This document shows positions 20,324-30,581 of a DNA stretch of 64,000 nt, piece after piece (position 1 is the first letter of the stretch; each line of letters begins with the position of its first letter). The notes below the pieces were generated by a model. That model worked only from the letters and a program-made list of their open reading frames with translations. It was not told the DNA's origin and made no database searches. The DNA is from Bacteroidales bacterium. GTDB lineage: Bacteria > Bacteroidota > Bacteroidia > Bacteroidales > VadinHA17. The stretch is from positions 2,657 through 66,656 of the forward strand of contig JAVEXG010000005.1 of the NCBI GenBank assembly GCA_034004115.1. The letters are read 5' to 3'. The position numbers were made by a program, and so were the translations under genes.

Positions 20324-21364
20324 TTATTTCCGTGTCGCCGGCTGCTTCTTTCTTAATGTCGATTCCCTGATTATGAGTTCATGCTTTACAATGATTGTAC
20401 TAAGGCTGGATGCACCTTTGTCATTCAGGATGTTGATCAGTGAAGTTGCGGCAAGCCTGCCTATCTCCCTTGCAGGATAATCAACTGTTGTAAGGCATGG
20501 CTTGATAACCCTGCTTACAGGTTCATTGTTGAAACCGGCCACAGCAATATCGCCCGGAACCTTTATACCTGATTTCTGAAGCTCACATATCACTGCAACA
20601 GCCGATGCATCGTTGGATGTAAAGATCCCGTCGGGCCGGTCCTTCATGCGCAGGATGGCCTGCACGGCATCAAGACCTGCCTGACTTCCAAGCTCGCTTA
20701 CAATCAGCAGTTCATCATCGAATGCTATCCCGTTGTCGGCCAATGCCCGTTTATATCCCTCAAACCTGTCTGAATAGACGTTGCGAAGCATGTTTCCTCC
20801 GATATGCATGATCCTCCGGCAGCCCTGATCAATAAGGTGGGAAGTCACCTCGTACCCGGCCCTGAAATTGTCGATCACAATACCCATGCATCCCGGGCAG
20901 TTTGAAACCCGGTCAAAGAACACAACCGGGATATTTTTCCTGAGTATCTGATTGAAGTGGTCAATGTTTTCGGTGTCGTAGGCCAGGGAAACCAGCAATC
21001 CGTCGACCCTGCTGTGAAAAAGAGTCGATACGCAGGCTGTTTCCTTTTTTCCTGACTCCTGCGACTGACTTATGATCAGCCCGTAACCAAACTGGTTCGT
21101 TATCTCCTCCATCCCTGCTATCACAGTGGCCATGAAAAAACTGTTCAGTTTGGGAACCACCACCCCTATGGTTTCGGTGCTCCTTTTTCTCAGACTGCTG
21201 GCAAACTTGTTCTGCTGGTAGCCCATCTCTTTTGCCATGGCTCTTATCCGCTTCTTCGTATCCGCATGGATATGCGGATGGTCCTTTAAACCTCTGCTGA
21301 CCGTCGAGGGTGAAATATTCAGGGCTTTTGCCACATCGTAAATGGTGACATCACGGGTGCTCAT
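20324..21364 (-). CDS. LacI-family transcriptional regulator
   Basis: N-terminal HTH 'TIYDVAKALNISPSTVSRGL' followed by a periplasmic-binding-protein-like effector domain. Confidence 0.9.
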   Translation of the reverse strand: MSTRDVTIYDVAKALNISPSTVSRGLKDHPHIHADTKKRIRAMAKEMGYQQNKFASSLRKRSTETIGVVVPKLNSFFMATVIAGMEEITNQFGYGLIISQSQESGKKETACVSTLFHSRVDGLLVSLAYDTENIDHFNQILRKNIPVVFFDRVSNCPGCMGIVIDNFRAGYEVTSHLIDQGCRRIMHIGGNMLRNVYSDRFEGYKRALADNGIAFDDELLIVSELGSQAGLDAVQAILRMKDRPDGIFTSNDASAVAVICELQKSGIKVPGDIAVAGFNNEPVSRVIKPCLTTVDYPAREIGRLAATSLINILNDKGASSLSTIIVKHELIIRESTLRKKQPATRK

Positions 21365-21432
21365 CTGCAGGAAAATGAATTAACAAATTTAATATAAAAT
21401 GACAGACAGTGAAAAAAATTAAGAAAAAAACC

Positions 21433-21446
21433 CGCAATCGGTTGCA
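21433..21446. promoter_or_regulatory. LacI-type palindromic operator, site 1 (cGCAATCGGTTGCa)
   Basis: Near-palindrome with a central CG. It lies in the lacI / DUF6807 divergent spacer, 19 nt upstream of the -7-like TATTTTCG (21465-21472). Confidence 0.6.
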
Positions 21447-21523
21447 TATTTTTAAAAACATGTCTATTTTCGGAATTCAAAGAACCTGATCTGCCATTCT
21501 TTTTTTTAATATACTTACTAACC

Positions 21524-22795
21524 ATGAATCATGAAATCCGTTTCCCAATCAAGGCCTCACTAACCGTTGCGGCTTTGCTAAGCCTTTTAGCAGTAACCTG
21601 TCAGGCTCAAAAGATAGCCTCGCTCGAAGTAAATCTTGCCAGTCCCGCCTTTGGGATGAAAATCCCCGTGAGCATCAATCTCGACGAGGTTACCTACCTG
21701 TCCGATACACTCCTGGCATTATATGAGATCAGGGATGGTACCTCAACAAAAGTTCCGTTTCAGACCGAAGCAGGCAATCCAAGAAAACTGACATGGCTGG
21801 TCTCATCGGGAACCGGAGCCAATGAAAAGCACACATATGAGCTGGTGAGCGAAAAATCGATGTTTCCCTATACTATGAAAGCGTCGGTCAAGGATGGCGC
21901 CCTGCTTATTCATTCAGGCGACCAGAAACTGCTTCAGTACTTCTTCACTACAGTATATCCTCCGGCCGGAGTTGATACTGCATACAAAAGAAGCGGATTC
22001 ATACATCCCCTGTGGTCACCTCATGGGCAATCGCTTACGCGGATTCAGCCGCCTGACCATTATCACCATTACGGCATCTGGAATCCATGGACCATGGTTG
22101 AATTTGAGGGTGACACCCTGGATTTCTGGAATATAAATTCAAAGCAGGCCACTGTCCGCTTTGCCAACTTCGTATCGGTTGAAGAGGGACCTGTTTTCTC
22201 TGAATTCGGAGCTCTTCATGAGCATATAGTTTTGAAGAAGGCAGGGAAAGACAAGGTTGCGATGAACGAACTGCAGAATGTAAGAGTCTATGAACCTGAC
22301 AAAAGCGGTGACTGTTTCATAGTCGACTTCAACATAAACATGAACTGCGCAGGTGAAAGTCCATTCAGGATCCTGGAATACCGCTATGCAGGTCTTGGCT
22401 GGAGAACAACTGAGAAATGGAACAAATTGAACAGCATGGTCCTCACATCCGAAGGGAAGGACAGAAAAAGCGCCGACGGCAGCAAGGCAAGGTGGTGCAT
22501 CGTCCAGGGTGAGATCGATACTGACTATGCAGGTGTTGTAATGATGTCGTTCCCGACAAACTACAACTTCCCCGAACCTCTCAGGATATGGCCCGAGAAT
22601 CAGTATAACAGAGGCGACATGTTTGCAAACTTCTGCCCCACCAAAGATATGAACTGGGATCTGATGCCGGGGAAAAACTACAACCTCAGATACAGGTTCC
22701 TCGTCTATAACGGCCGTTTCGAAAAAGAAAAGGCGGAAAGTGCCTGGAACTACTTTGCCCGGCCGCCGGAGGTTATAGTCCGTAAGGTGAAATAA
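21524..22795 (+). CDS. secreted PmoA-family / DUF6807-like protein
   Basis: Signal peptide. The 'GFIHPLWSPHG...HYHHYGIWNPW' region resembles the family often found next to Gfo/Idh/MocA genes. This assignment is from memory only. Confidence 0.5.
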   Translation: MNHEIRFPIKASLTVAALLSLLAVTCQAQKIASLEVNLASPAFGMKIPVSINLDEVTYLSDTLLALYEIRDGTSTKVPFQTEAGNPRKLTWLVSSGTGANEKHTYELVSEKSMFPYTMKASVKDGALLIHSGDQKLLQYFFTTVYPPAGVDTAYKRSGFIHPLWSPHGQSLTRIQPPDHYHHYGIWNPWTMVEFEGDTLDFWNINSKQATVRFANFVSVEEGPVFSEFGALHEHIVLKKAGKDKVAMNELQNVRVYEPDKSGDCFIVDFNINMNCAGESPFRILEYRYAGLGWRTTEKWNKLNSMVLTSEGKDRKSADGSKARWCIVQGEIDTDYAGVVMMSFPTNYNFPEPLRIWPENQYNRGDMFANFCPTKDMNWDLMPGKNYNLRYRFLVYNGRFEKEKAESAWNYFARPPEVIVRKVK

Positions 22796-22847
22796 GCGAT
22801 TTAATTTGTATTTATTATAAATACAATCTATTACCTTCAAAATTATT

Positions 22848-22861
22848 CGCAATCGATTGCA
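22848..22861. promoter_or_regulatory. LacI-type palindromic operator, site 2 (cGCAATCGATTGCa)
   Basis: The 12-bp core is a perfect palindrome. It lies 17 nt upstream of the consensus -7 box TAAATTTG (22879-22886) in front of susC. Confidence 0.65.
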
Positions 22862-22952
22862 CATTAGAAATGTTTTCATAAATTTGGTATCAACTAACCT
22901 TAATTGCCTGATTTTTATAACTCAATTTTATTCAACCCTTTAATTCAATTAC

Positions 22953-25900
22953 ATGAAAAAACTTCTGCTGCTGATTATGTTTGCCGGATTCACCTTGAAT
23001 CTGGCGGCACAAAAAGTTGTCACTGGCAAGGTGACAGATGAAGAACAAAATCCTCTTCCCGGGGTTTCTGTGCAGGTAAAAGGGACATCCATCGGAGTTC
23101 TTACCGATAAGGATGGGCAGTTCCGGCTACAGATCCCCGTCGATGTGAGGATACTCTCATTCTCGTTCATCGGGATGAAAACCCAGGAACTCGAGATCGG
23201 AACACAATCCAGCTTCAGCGTTGTGATGCAGGTCGATGTCGGAATGCTTGAGGAGGTAATCGTAATCGGTTATGGAACAATAAAGAAAAAGGACCTTACC
23301 GGCGCCGTCTCCAGGATCGATGCGAATGAACTCGCTACTGAAGCCACATCTAACGTAACAACAATGCTGAGGGGAGCAATACCCGGACTGGCCGTGAACC
23401 TGAGTACGAGCGCCAAGGGGCTGAGCAGCTCAAGCGACATGCTCATACGCGGAGAGACATCGCTGAGAGCCGACGATGATGACCAGAAAAATGCCAACGC
23501 GCCTCTGGTTGTCGTCGACGGTATGCTTTACTATGGCGACCTGGCCGACATCAACCCGGTCGACATTGAGACTTTTGACATACTGAAGGATGCATCCTCG
23601 GCTGCCATTTACGGGGCCAGGGCTACAAACGGGGTCATCCTGATCACTACAAAAAGAGGGCTTAAGGGCAAACCCGTCGTCAATATAAGCACCAGCACCG
23701 GGATGGCATTCATTTCACATGCGCATTTCGAAATGATGAACGGAGAACAGCACATTGCAAGAAGGATTGCCGGTTTTGAACAGAATGAACGCAGGCAGAC
23801 TTCTATCGGCGCAGGTTATTACAACAGCTATGAAAATCTTCCTTCAGGTGTAACGCTTGAACAGTGGAAGGCCTACGACGGTTCAACCGCTGCAACCGAT
23901 CTCGACGAAGTATGGCTCTCAAGAATAGGCTTTGCTCCAATCGAAATCAACAACTACAAGGCCGGCAGGCTTACCGATTTCAAGGATTACACATGGCAGA
24001 ACGGACTTACCCAGGACTATAACCTGAGCCTGTCAGGTAGTTCCGATGCCGTTTCATATTACTGGTCACTCGGCTACACCGATAACGAAGGTATAAGGTA
24101 TAACGAGGAATTCAGTACCATCCGCTCAAGGATCAATCTTGATGCAGATGTAACTAATTTCCTGAAAGTAGGTCTGAATGCCCAGATGGCCTTCCGGGAT
24201 GAAAGTCCTATTTCGCCCGGAGCAAGTCTCTTCAACACCCCCTATTCATCAATGTTCCAGGATGACGGAGTCACCCTTGAACTGACACCATCAGGCTATA
24301 TCAACGCCCCTAACTTCTGGCTCGAAATGAGGTTCCGGGACCGCTATCGGAAGTACAATACCCTGAACAGCAAGATATTTGCCACTTTGACTTTACCTCT
24401 TGGACTATCATTCACCTCCGAATTCATACCAAGGTTCAACTGGAACAGGGACTATAACAGCTATTCGTCAGGCCACTTTGAGTGGGCATTGCAGGGCGGA
24501 AGAGCTTCCAGGGCCAACACTACGGTATTCGAATGGCAGATAAACAACATGCTGAAATGGAACAAGACATTCGGCGACCATGCCTTCGATGCAACCTTCG
24601 TGCAGAACGCCGAAAGATACAACTACTGGTATGAATATATGGAAAGGCAGAACTTCCAGCCTTCCGATGTTCTTGGCTACCACAGGATGCAGGCTGCAAC
24701 CGAAGACGTCTCCCTCACAAGCAATGATGAGACAAGCACAGGTGATGCACTTCTGGCCAGATTGAATTATACATTCAAATCCAGGTACAACCTCACCGGA
24801 TCCTTCCGCCGGGATGGTTATTCTGCTTTTGGCCAGGCTAACCCAAGAGCCAGCTTCTGGTCAGTTGCAGGAGGCTGGACCATCAGCGAGGAAGATTTCT
24901 TCAACGTCGACTGGATCGATCAGCTGAAGCTGAGATTGTCGTACGGTGTCAACGGGAACCGCGGTGTCGGAATTTACGATGCCCTCTCCAACCTTAACTC
25001 CGGTAAGTTCCTTCTCATTGAAGGCGGAGTTGAACAGTACGTCTCACAGCTTTACACAAGCCGAATGGCGAATGCAAACCTTAAGTGGGAACGCACCTCA
25101 GCTTATAACGGAGGACTCGATTTCGCGGTGATGAAAGGCAGACTGAGAGGTACTATTGAAGCATATTTCTCGATAACCAAAGACCTTATCATCCCGCGCC
25201 AGCTTCCAAACGTGACAGGCTACTCGAGCGTGTTCTCGAACATGGGTCAGGTTAACAACATGGGATTCGAATTCAACCTGAACTCGGTCAATATCTCAAC
25301 CAATGATTTCACCTGGACATCCGACTTCTCGGTATCGCACAACAGAAACAAGATTGTTCATCTGTTCGGCGATTTTGTAACTGATGAGGAAACAGGAGAA
25401 CTGAAGGAAGTGGATGATATAACAAATGAATGGTTTATCGGACATGCAATCGATGAAGTCTGGGATTATAAAACACAGGGAATCTGGCAGGCTTCCGAAT
25501 CTGCAGAAGCTACCGCTTACTCCCGCTCACCCGGTGATTATAAACTTCTCGATTTTGATGATGACGGATATTACACTAATGACGACAAGCAATTCCTGGG
25601 CTTCAGGAGACCAAGGGTAAGACTAAGCCTGAGAAATGATGTCCAGTACAAAAACTGGCAGCTGTCGGTAAAGATGTATTCATATCTCGGTAATCTGAAG
25701 GCAAACAACTTCCTGAGAAACAACGAAGCATTCTACGACAGGGGTACCTATTACGATGTTCCCTACTGGACTGCTGACAATCCCGGTAACAAATGGGCAA
25801 GAGTTGAAAGCTACGAAACCAACTTCAACGTGTGGGAGAAAAATTCATTTGTAAGGCTTGACAATGTTTCACTTTCCTACAATATCCCTAACAGCCTTCT

Positions 25901-26045
25901 TTCAAAGATCAGGATAGTAAACTGCAGACTGTCGCTGGTTGCCGACAACCCTCTTGTTTATGCTCCTCAATGGTCATGGATGGATCCGGAAAATGATTCC
26001 TACACGCCTTCCTATATCTCATTCAAAGTAAATATCACCCTTTAA
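22953..26045 (+). CDS. susC: SusC/RagA-family TonB-dependent outer-membrane transporter
   Basis: 1030 aa. A signal peptide and carboxypeptidase-regulatory-like N-domain (VTGKVTDEEQNPLPGVSV) are followed by a plug, a beta-barrel and a C-terminal aromatic end. Confidence 0.9.
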   Translation: MKKLLLLIMFAGFTLNLAAQKVVTGKVTDEEQNPLPGVSVQVKGTSIGVLTDKDGQFRLQIPVDVRILSFSFIGMKTQELEIGTQSSFSVVMQVDVGMLEEVIVIGYGTIKKKDLTGAVSRIDANELATEATSNVTTMLRGAIPGLAVNLSTSAKGLSSSSDMLIRGETSLRADDDDQKNANAPLVVVDGMLYYGDLADINPVDIETFDILKDASSAAIYGARATNGVILITTKRGLKGKPVVNISTSTGMAFISHAHFEMMNGEQHIARRIAGFEQNERRQTSIGAGYYNSYENLPSGVTLEQWKAYDGSTAATDLDEVWLSRIGFAPIEINNYKAGRLTDFKDYTWQNGLTQDYNLSLSGSSDAVSYYWSLGYTDNEGIRYNEEFSTIRSRINLDADVTNFLKVGLNAQMAFRDESPISPGASLFNTPYSSMFQDDGVTLELTPSGYINAPNFWLEMRFRDRYRKYNTLNSKIFATLTLPLGLSFTSEFIPRFNWNRDYNSYSSGHFEWALQGGRASRANTTVFEWQINNMLKWNKTFGDHAFDATFVQNAERYNYWYEYMERQNFQPSDVLGYHRMQAATEDVSLTSNDETSTGDALLARLNYTFKSRYNLTGSFRRDGYSAFGQANPRASFWSVAGGWTISEEDFFNVDWIDQLKLRLSYGVNGNRGVGIYDALSNLNSGKFLLIEGGVEQYVSQLYTSRMANANLKWERTSAYNGGLDFAVMKGRLRGTIEAYFSITKDLIIPRQLPNVTGYSSVFSNMGQVNNMGFEFNLNSVNISTNDFTWTSDFSVSHNRNKIVHLFGDFVTDEETGELKEVDDITNEWFIGHAIDEVWDYKTQGIWQASESAEATAYSRSPGDYKLLDFDDDGYYTNDDKQFLGFRRPRVRLSLRNDVQYKNWQLSVKMYSYLGNLKANNFLRNNEAFYDRGTYYDVPYWTADNPGNKWARVESYETNFNVWEKNSFVRLDNVSLSYNIPNSLLSKIRIVNCRLSLVADNPLVYAPQWSWMDPENDSYTPSYISFKVNITL

Positions 26046-26056
26046 AATTACCGGAT

Positions 26057-27934
26057 ATGAAAAAGATTTTTTTAATGATATTATTCCTGACGGCACTCAT
26101 TTTTATAGGTCCGCGTTGTTCCGAAGACTTTCTCAAACCCGAGCCTTTATCATTCTATGCTCCTGAAAACACTTTCGTTAATGCCGCCGGCTTCAATGCT
26201 GCGCTTATTGCCTGCCTGCGAAACGCCAGGCATGAGATGTACGGTGATACGCCACCCTTCCTCTCCGAGGGCATCTTTTCAGATGTCGCGGTTGAAGGAA
26301 CAACCGATAAAACAGGTGTTCATATGGATATGCCGGCAGTGATACTTCCCGATGCCAACTTCAGCTACGGCGATGTAACAAAGCTTGGCAACCACTGGAC
26401 CGAAGCCTACAACAGGATCAAGTATGCCAACGTGGTGATCTCAAGAATCGACAATGCCGAATGGAAAAGCGATGCTGAACGTAATAATATCCTCGGAAAG
26501 GCATATTTTCACAGAGCCAATGTCTATTACCGGCTGGTTCATCAGTTCGGCGACGTTCCGCTTATTCTTGAAGAAATAACCCAGCCCAAACTCGATTTCT
26601 ATTCGTGCACACGGGAAAGTATTCTGCAGAAATGCAAAAAAGACCTTGACTTTGCGGCCCAGTGGGTAGATGCCGATGCTCCAATCGGCGACATCAATAA
26701 GGCAGCTGTAAATCATCTGCTGACAAAAGTCAACATGTCGCTCCTTGAGTTCGACGATGCAATAGCTTCTGCAAGCGCGGTGATAAATGACGGAATACAT
26801 GCCCTGATGACAACCAGGTTCGGATCGTACAAGAATGATCCGACACATGATATTATCTGGGACCTTCACCAGGAAGAGAACAAGGCACTCGCCGAAAACA
26901 CTGAAACAATCTGGCTGTTCGTCTGCAGTGAAACCATGACTGAAGACGGAGCAAGCGAAAAGCTCAGAATCATGCGCCAGGCTGTACCTTACTGGGGAGG
27001 GGCCGGAAAAGTCAAGACACCTACAGGCCAGACGGGCACAACCGACCAGCCGGGAGGCGCCCTTGTAGGCGGTCTTCCTGTTGAGATCGACCAGGTATTA
27101 CAGTATGGAAGGGGCATAGGACGCCTTCGTCCAAGCCCATGGTACCAGCACGACCTGTGGGATGATTCCAACGATATGCGCCATAAATACCCCAACTGGA
27201 TAAGAATGGAGGACCTGGTCTACAACATACCCGGTCTTAAGGCAAACGGCGACCCCTATTACAACCAGCATCTCCAGCTTTATGATGCAACGGGAGGCAT
27301 TCTCTGTACTGATACAATCAGATCGTGGTTCGACTGGCCACACTACAAACTCTATGTAATCGACCCGACTGACAACACACCCGACGGCGGTTTCGGAGAC
27401 TGGTATGAGATGAGACTGGCGGAAACTTACCTTCTGAGAGCCGAAGCTTATTTCTGGAACGATCAGCCCGATATGGCAACCACCGATCTGAATGCGGTCA
27501 GGACACGTGCCGGCGCCGCTCCATACACATCAGACGAGATCAATATCGGCACAATCCTGGACGAAAGGGCACGGGAACTCTATTACGAGGAGAAGCGGAA
27601 AACCGAACTGACACGAATTGCATATATTTTCGCAAAAACGGGTAAACCCTGCTACAACGGGAAAACCTATAGTATGGCAAACTTCGGAACAGACAATTTC
27701 TGGTACGACAGGGTCATAGAAAAGAACATTTTCTACAGGGATAACGTAAAGGCTCCATTCTATAATTACCGCGTAGCTCCCTATATTGTCCTGTGGCCAG
27801 TCCTCTCATCGGCAATCAATGCAAACAGCCTCGGACATATTAACCAGAACTTCGGATACCCGGGATATGAGTCAAACATTACACCCTGGAAATGGGTCGA
27901 TGGCGAAGGTGAAGGATCAATTGTTGAACAATGA
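26057..27934 (+). CDS. susD: SusD/RagB-family nutrient-binding lipoprotein
   Basis: Lipoprotein signal (..FIGPRC). The 'RAEAYFW' / 'ERARELYYEE' motifs are typical of SusD. It lies immediately downstream of susC. Confidence 0.85.
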   Translation: MKKIFLMILFLTALIFIGPRCSEDFLKPEPLSFYAPENTFVNAAGFNAALIACLRNARHEMYGDTPPFLSEGIFSDVAVEGTTDKTGVHMDMPAVILPDANFSYGDVTKLGNHWTEAYNRIKYANVVISRIDNAEWKSDAERNNILGKAYFHRANVYYRLVHQFGDVPLILEEITQPKLDFYSCTRESILQKCKKDLDFAAQWVDADAPIGDINKAAVNHLLTKVNMSLLEFDDAIASASAVINDGIHALMTTRFGSYKNDPTHDIIWDLHQEENKALAENTETIWLFVCSETMTEDGASEKLRIMRQAVPYWGGAGKVKTPTGQTGTTDQPGGALVGGLPVEIDQVLQYGRGIGRLRPSPWYQHDLWDDSNDMRHKYPNWIRMEDLVYNIPGLKANGDPYYNQHLQLYDATGGILCTDTIRSWFDWPHYKLYVIDPTDNTPDGGFGDWYEMRLAETYLLRAEAYFWNDQPDMATTDLNAVRTRAGAAPYTSDEINIGTILDERARELYYEEKRKTELTRIAYIFAKTGKPCYNGKTYSMANFGTDNFWYDRVIEKNIFYRDNVKAPFYNYRVAPYIVLWPVLSSAINANSLGHINQNFGYPGYESNITPWKWVDGEGEGSIVEQ

Positions 27935-28045
27935 GCAGAAATACATTAAGAAACACCTGCTTCTTTTAAGGAATTTTTGATCCTAATCCTTATCTTTATG
28001 AACAGAACAATTATGTTTCTTAAATCCTGAAACCGATAATGGAAA

Positions 28046-28080
28046 TTCCCCCGGCAGGCTTTTCAATGCCGCCGGGGGAA
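28046..28080 (+). terminator. strong hairpin after susD (terminator-like, no U-run)
   Basis: Perfect 10-bp inverted repeat TTCCCCCGGC / GCCGGGGGAA with a 15-nt loop. Confidence 0.4.
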
Positions 28081-28116
28081 AACCATATGACAACCCTTAA
28101 CCAAAATAAACAATAA

Positions 28117-29490
28117 ATGAAAAGAAGAATTTTCATCTCCAGAGCTGCTCAGGCTGCTGCAGGGTCGCTGATTCTGCCGACAATTGTTCCTTCTTCCGTC
28201 ATAGGCCGCAATCCGCCGAGCGATAAGATCAACATCGGATGGATAGGCTGCGGCAGGCAGGGAAGAGGAGATATCATGGGTACCATGAGATTCGACACTG
28301 CAATGGTGGTAGCTGCTGCCGATGTTGATTCAAAAAGGGTGGCACTCGGAAAGCAAATGGTCGAAGGCTTTTATTCAAGAAAGACCGGAAACAGCAACTA
28401 TGTCAATGTAAAAACCTACGGCGACTACAAGGAGTTGCTTCTCGACAAATCGATCGATGCGGTCATGATAACAACACCCGACCACTGGCACTCCCAACCC
28501 GCCATTGAAGCAGCCCTTGCCGGAAAGGACATCTATCTTGAAAAGCCTACTTCCCTTACAATAACAGAAGGAAGGCTTCTAAGTGATGTGGTGAAAAAGA
28601 CAAAGGTCATTCTTCAGGTTGGAACCCAACAGCGCTCAAGTCCCCAGTGGAGAATCGCTGCAGAACTTGTACGGAACGGCAGAATCGGCAAGCTCCATAC
28701 AGTCAAAATAGGATTACCCGGAGATCCGGCCGGTCCGGAAGCCCCTGAAATGCCGGTTCCGACAAACCTGAATTACGATATGTGGCTTGGATCCACACCG
28801 GAAGTCTACTACACCGAGATCCGCGTCCATCCGCAAAGTGGGTTTGACCGCCCCGGATGGCTGAGGTGCGAACAGTTTGGCGCCGGCATGATAACAGGCT
28901 GGGGTCAGCACCACTTCGACTCGGCAGCATGGGGAATGGATACAGAACTGACCGGTCCGGTATCGATCGAAGCAGTTGCTCAATTCCCGAAAGCAGGATT
29001 GTGGGATGTTCACGGTGATTTCATGTCAATAGCAGAATATGCCAACGGGATAACTCAGCTTACAAGCGGAAACTACCCCAACGGAGTCAGATATGAGGGA
29101 ACCGACGGATGGATCTTTGTTACACGCGGTAACTACAGGGCCACTGACAGTGACCCGATTGTCCAGGCTCAGAATACCAAAGCCCTCGACGCCAGTGATC
29201 CCAAAATACTGAGTTCAGTGATCGGTCCCAACGAGATTCATCTCTATGAAAGCAGTGATCAGGCAGGCAACTGGCTCGACTGCATCAAATCGCGCAAGGA
29301 ACCCATTTCTCCGGTTGAGATCGGACACAGGGCTTGCACGGTCTGCCTTGTTACCCATATAGCAATGAAACTGGGGAAAAAACTTAAATGGAACCCTGAA
29401 ACTGAGAAATTCGTGGGCGACGATGAGGCCAACAGCTTGCTGTCAAGGCCCCAGAGAGCACCCTATGGCACAAATTACATAAAATTATAG
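28117..29490 (+). CDS. TAT-exported Gfo/Idh/MocA-family oxidoreductase
   Basis: Twin-arginine signal 'MKRRIFISRAAQAAAGS' and Rossmann motif 'INIGWIGCGRQGRG'. Confidence 0.85.
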   Translation: MKRRIFISRAAQAAAGSLILPTIVPSSVIGRNPPSDKINIGWIGCGRQGRGDIMGTMRFDTAMVVAAADVDSKRVALGKQMVEGFYSRKTGNSNYVNVKTYGDYKELLLDKSIDAVMITTPDHWHSQPAIEAALAGKDIYLEKPTSLTITEGRLLSDVVKKTKVILQVGTQQRSSPQWRIAAELVRNGRIGKLHTVKIGLPGDPAGPEAPEMPVPTNLNYDMWLGSTPEVYYTEIRVHPQSGFDRPGWLRCEQFGAGMITGWGQHHFDSAAWGMDTELTGPVSIEAVAQFPKAGLWDVHGDFMSIAEYANGITQLTSGNYPNGVRYEGTDGWIFVTRGNYRATDSDPIVQAQNTKALDASDPKILSSVIGPNEIHLYESSDQAGNWLDCIKSRKEPISPVEIGHRACTVCLVTHIAMKLGKKLKWNPETEKFVGDDEANSLLSRPQRAPYGTNYIKL

Positions 29491-29603
29491 GTTTGTATTT
29501 ACCGGACCCGCATGCATCTGTAGCCTCATTTTTTTGAGATTGTGTAGTGCATGCGGGCTTCCTGTCTTTACAAAGCAGAAAACAGATCACTAAACAAAAA
29601 GAA

Positions 29604-30512
29604 ATGAACAGACTGATAAGAGGCATCCTCATATTACTTACGGGCAGCTTACTGTTTTTACCGGCATCGGCCGCCAAACTGACAGCTGAGCTTACCGGAT
29701 CCAAAATCAATGTGAGCATCGACGGAAAATTCTTTACCAGCTACATCTTTTCAGAGGATGAGAAATACCCTTTCTTCTACCCTGTGAACGGACCGGTAAC
29801 AGGTGGTTCGGTAACATCCATGAGAAACGCTGTTTACCCTCATCATACATCCTTGTTCTTTGGATGCGACATGGTAAACGGAGGAAATTACTGGCAGGAA
29901 GGGCTTGAACGCGGAAGGATAATATCTGTAAATGCCCGCATTGAGAAAGAAGGAGGCGATACAGTTGTGATAACCGACGAATGCATCTGGAGCCGCCCGG
30001 GAGCTGTCTCCCCGGTAAAGGATACCCGGAGGTACATCATAACCGCACCAGCAGCTGACAGGACCCTCATCGATGTTGAAATTACAATGCTGACACTGAT
30101 GGATGTCCATATCAGGAAAACAAACCATTCGCTGTTCAGCGCAAGGCTTGCCGCTGACATCTCCGTCACGAACGGCGGCACAATGATAAATGCCGAGGGT
30201 GCAAAAAGCGAAAAGGATACATTCGGAAAGAGATCCCCGTGGATCGACTTCTGCGGGAAAAGGGGAAATTCAACTGAAGGCCTGGCAATAATGCAGCACC
30301 CGTCAAATCCCTGGTACCCGGCTCCCTGGTTTACTCGCGACTACGGGTTCATTTCACCGACACCCATGTACTGGCCTGAAAACGGTGAGGAGACTTTCCT
30401 TAAGGATGGAACCAGACTTGTCCTGAAATACAGGGTACTTGTCCATGCAGGCGATCATTTACAGGCTGATATCGCCGGAGAGTTTAAAAAATACATATCA
30501 GGAACGTTATAA
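29604..30512 (+). CDS. secreted PmoA-family / DUF6807-like protein (second copy)
   Basis: Signal peptide 'MNRLIRGILILLTGSLLFLPASA'. It is a shorter paralog-like version of 21524-22795. The start was moved from GTG 29547 to ATG 29604. Confidence 0.5.
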   Translation: MNRLIRGILILLTGSLLFLPASAAKLTAELTGSKINVSIDGKFFTSYIFSEDEKYPFFYPVNGPVTGGSVTSMRNAVYPHHTSLFFGCDMVNGGNYWQEGLERGRIISVNARIEKEGGDTVVITDECIWSRPGAVSPVKDTRRYIITAPAADRTLIDVEITMLTLMDVHIRKTNHSLFSARLAADISVTNGGTMINAEGAKSEKDTFGKRSPWIDFCGKRGNSTEGLAIMQHPSNPWYPAPWFTRDYGFISPTPMYWPENGEETFLKDGTRLVLKYRVLVHAGDHLQADIAGEFKKYISGTL

Positions 30513-30581
30513 CATTGTTATAACATTGTCATAGGAAGGCGTGAGGCGTGCGACATGAGGTACGCGGTATGCTGTTTGGTT

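Noticed and set aside
29507-29557. A 10-bp perfect inverted repeat CCCGCATGCA / TGCATGCGGG with a 31-nt loop between gfo and the second DUF6807 gene.
   Set aside because: It is probably an intercistronic stem or weak terminator. I saw nothing distinctive beyond the palindromic GCATGC words.
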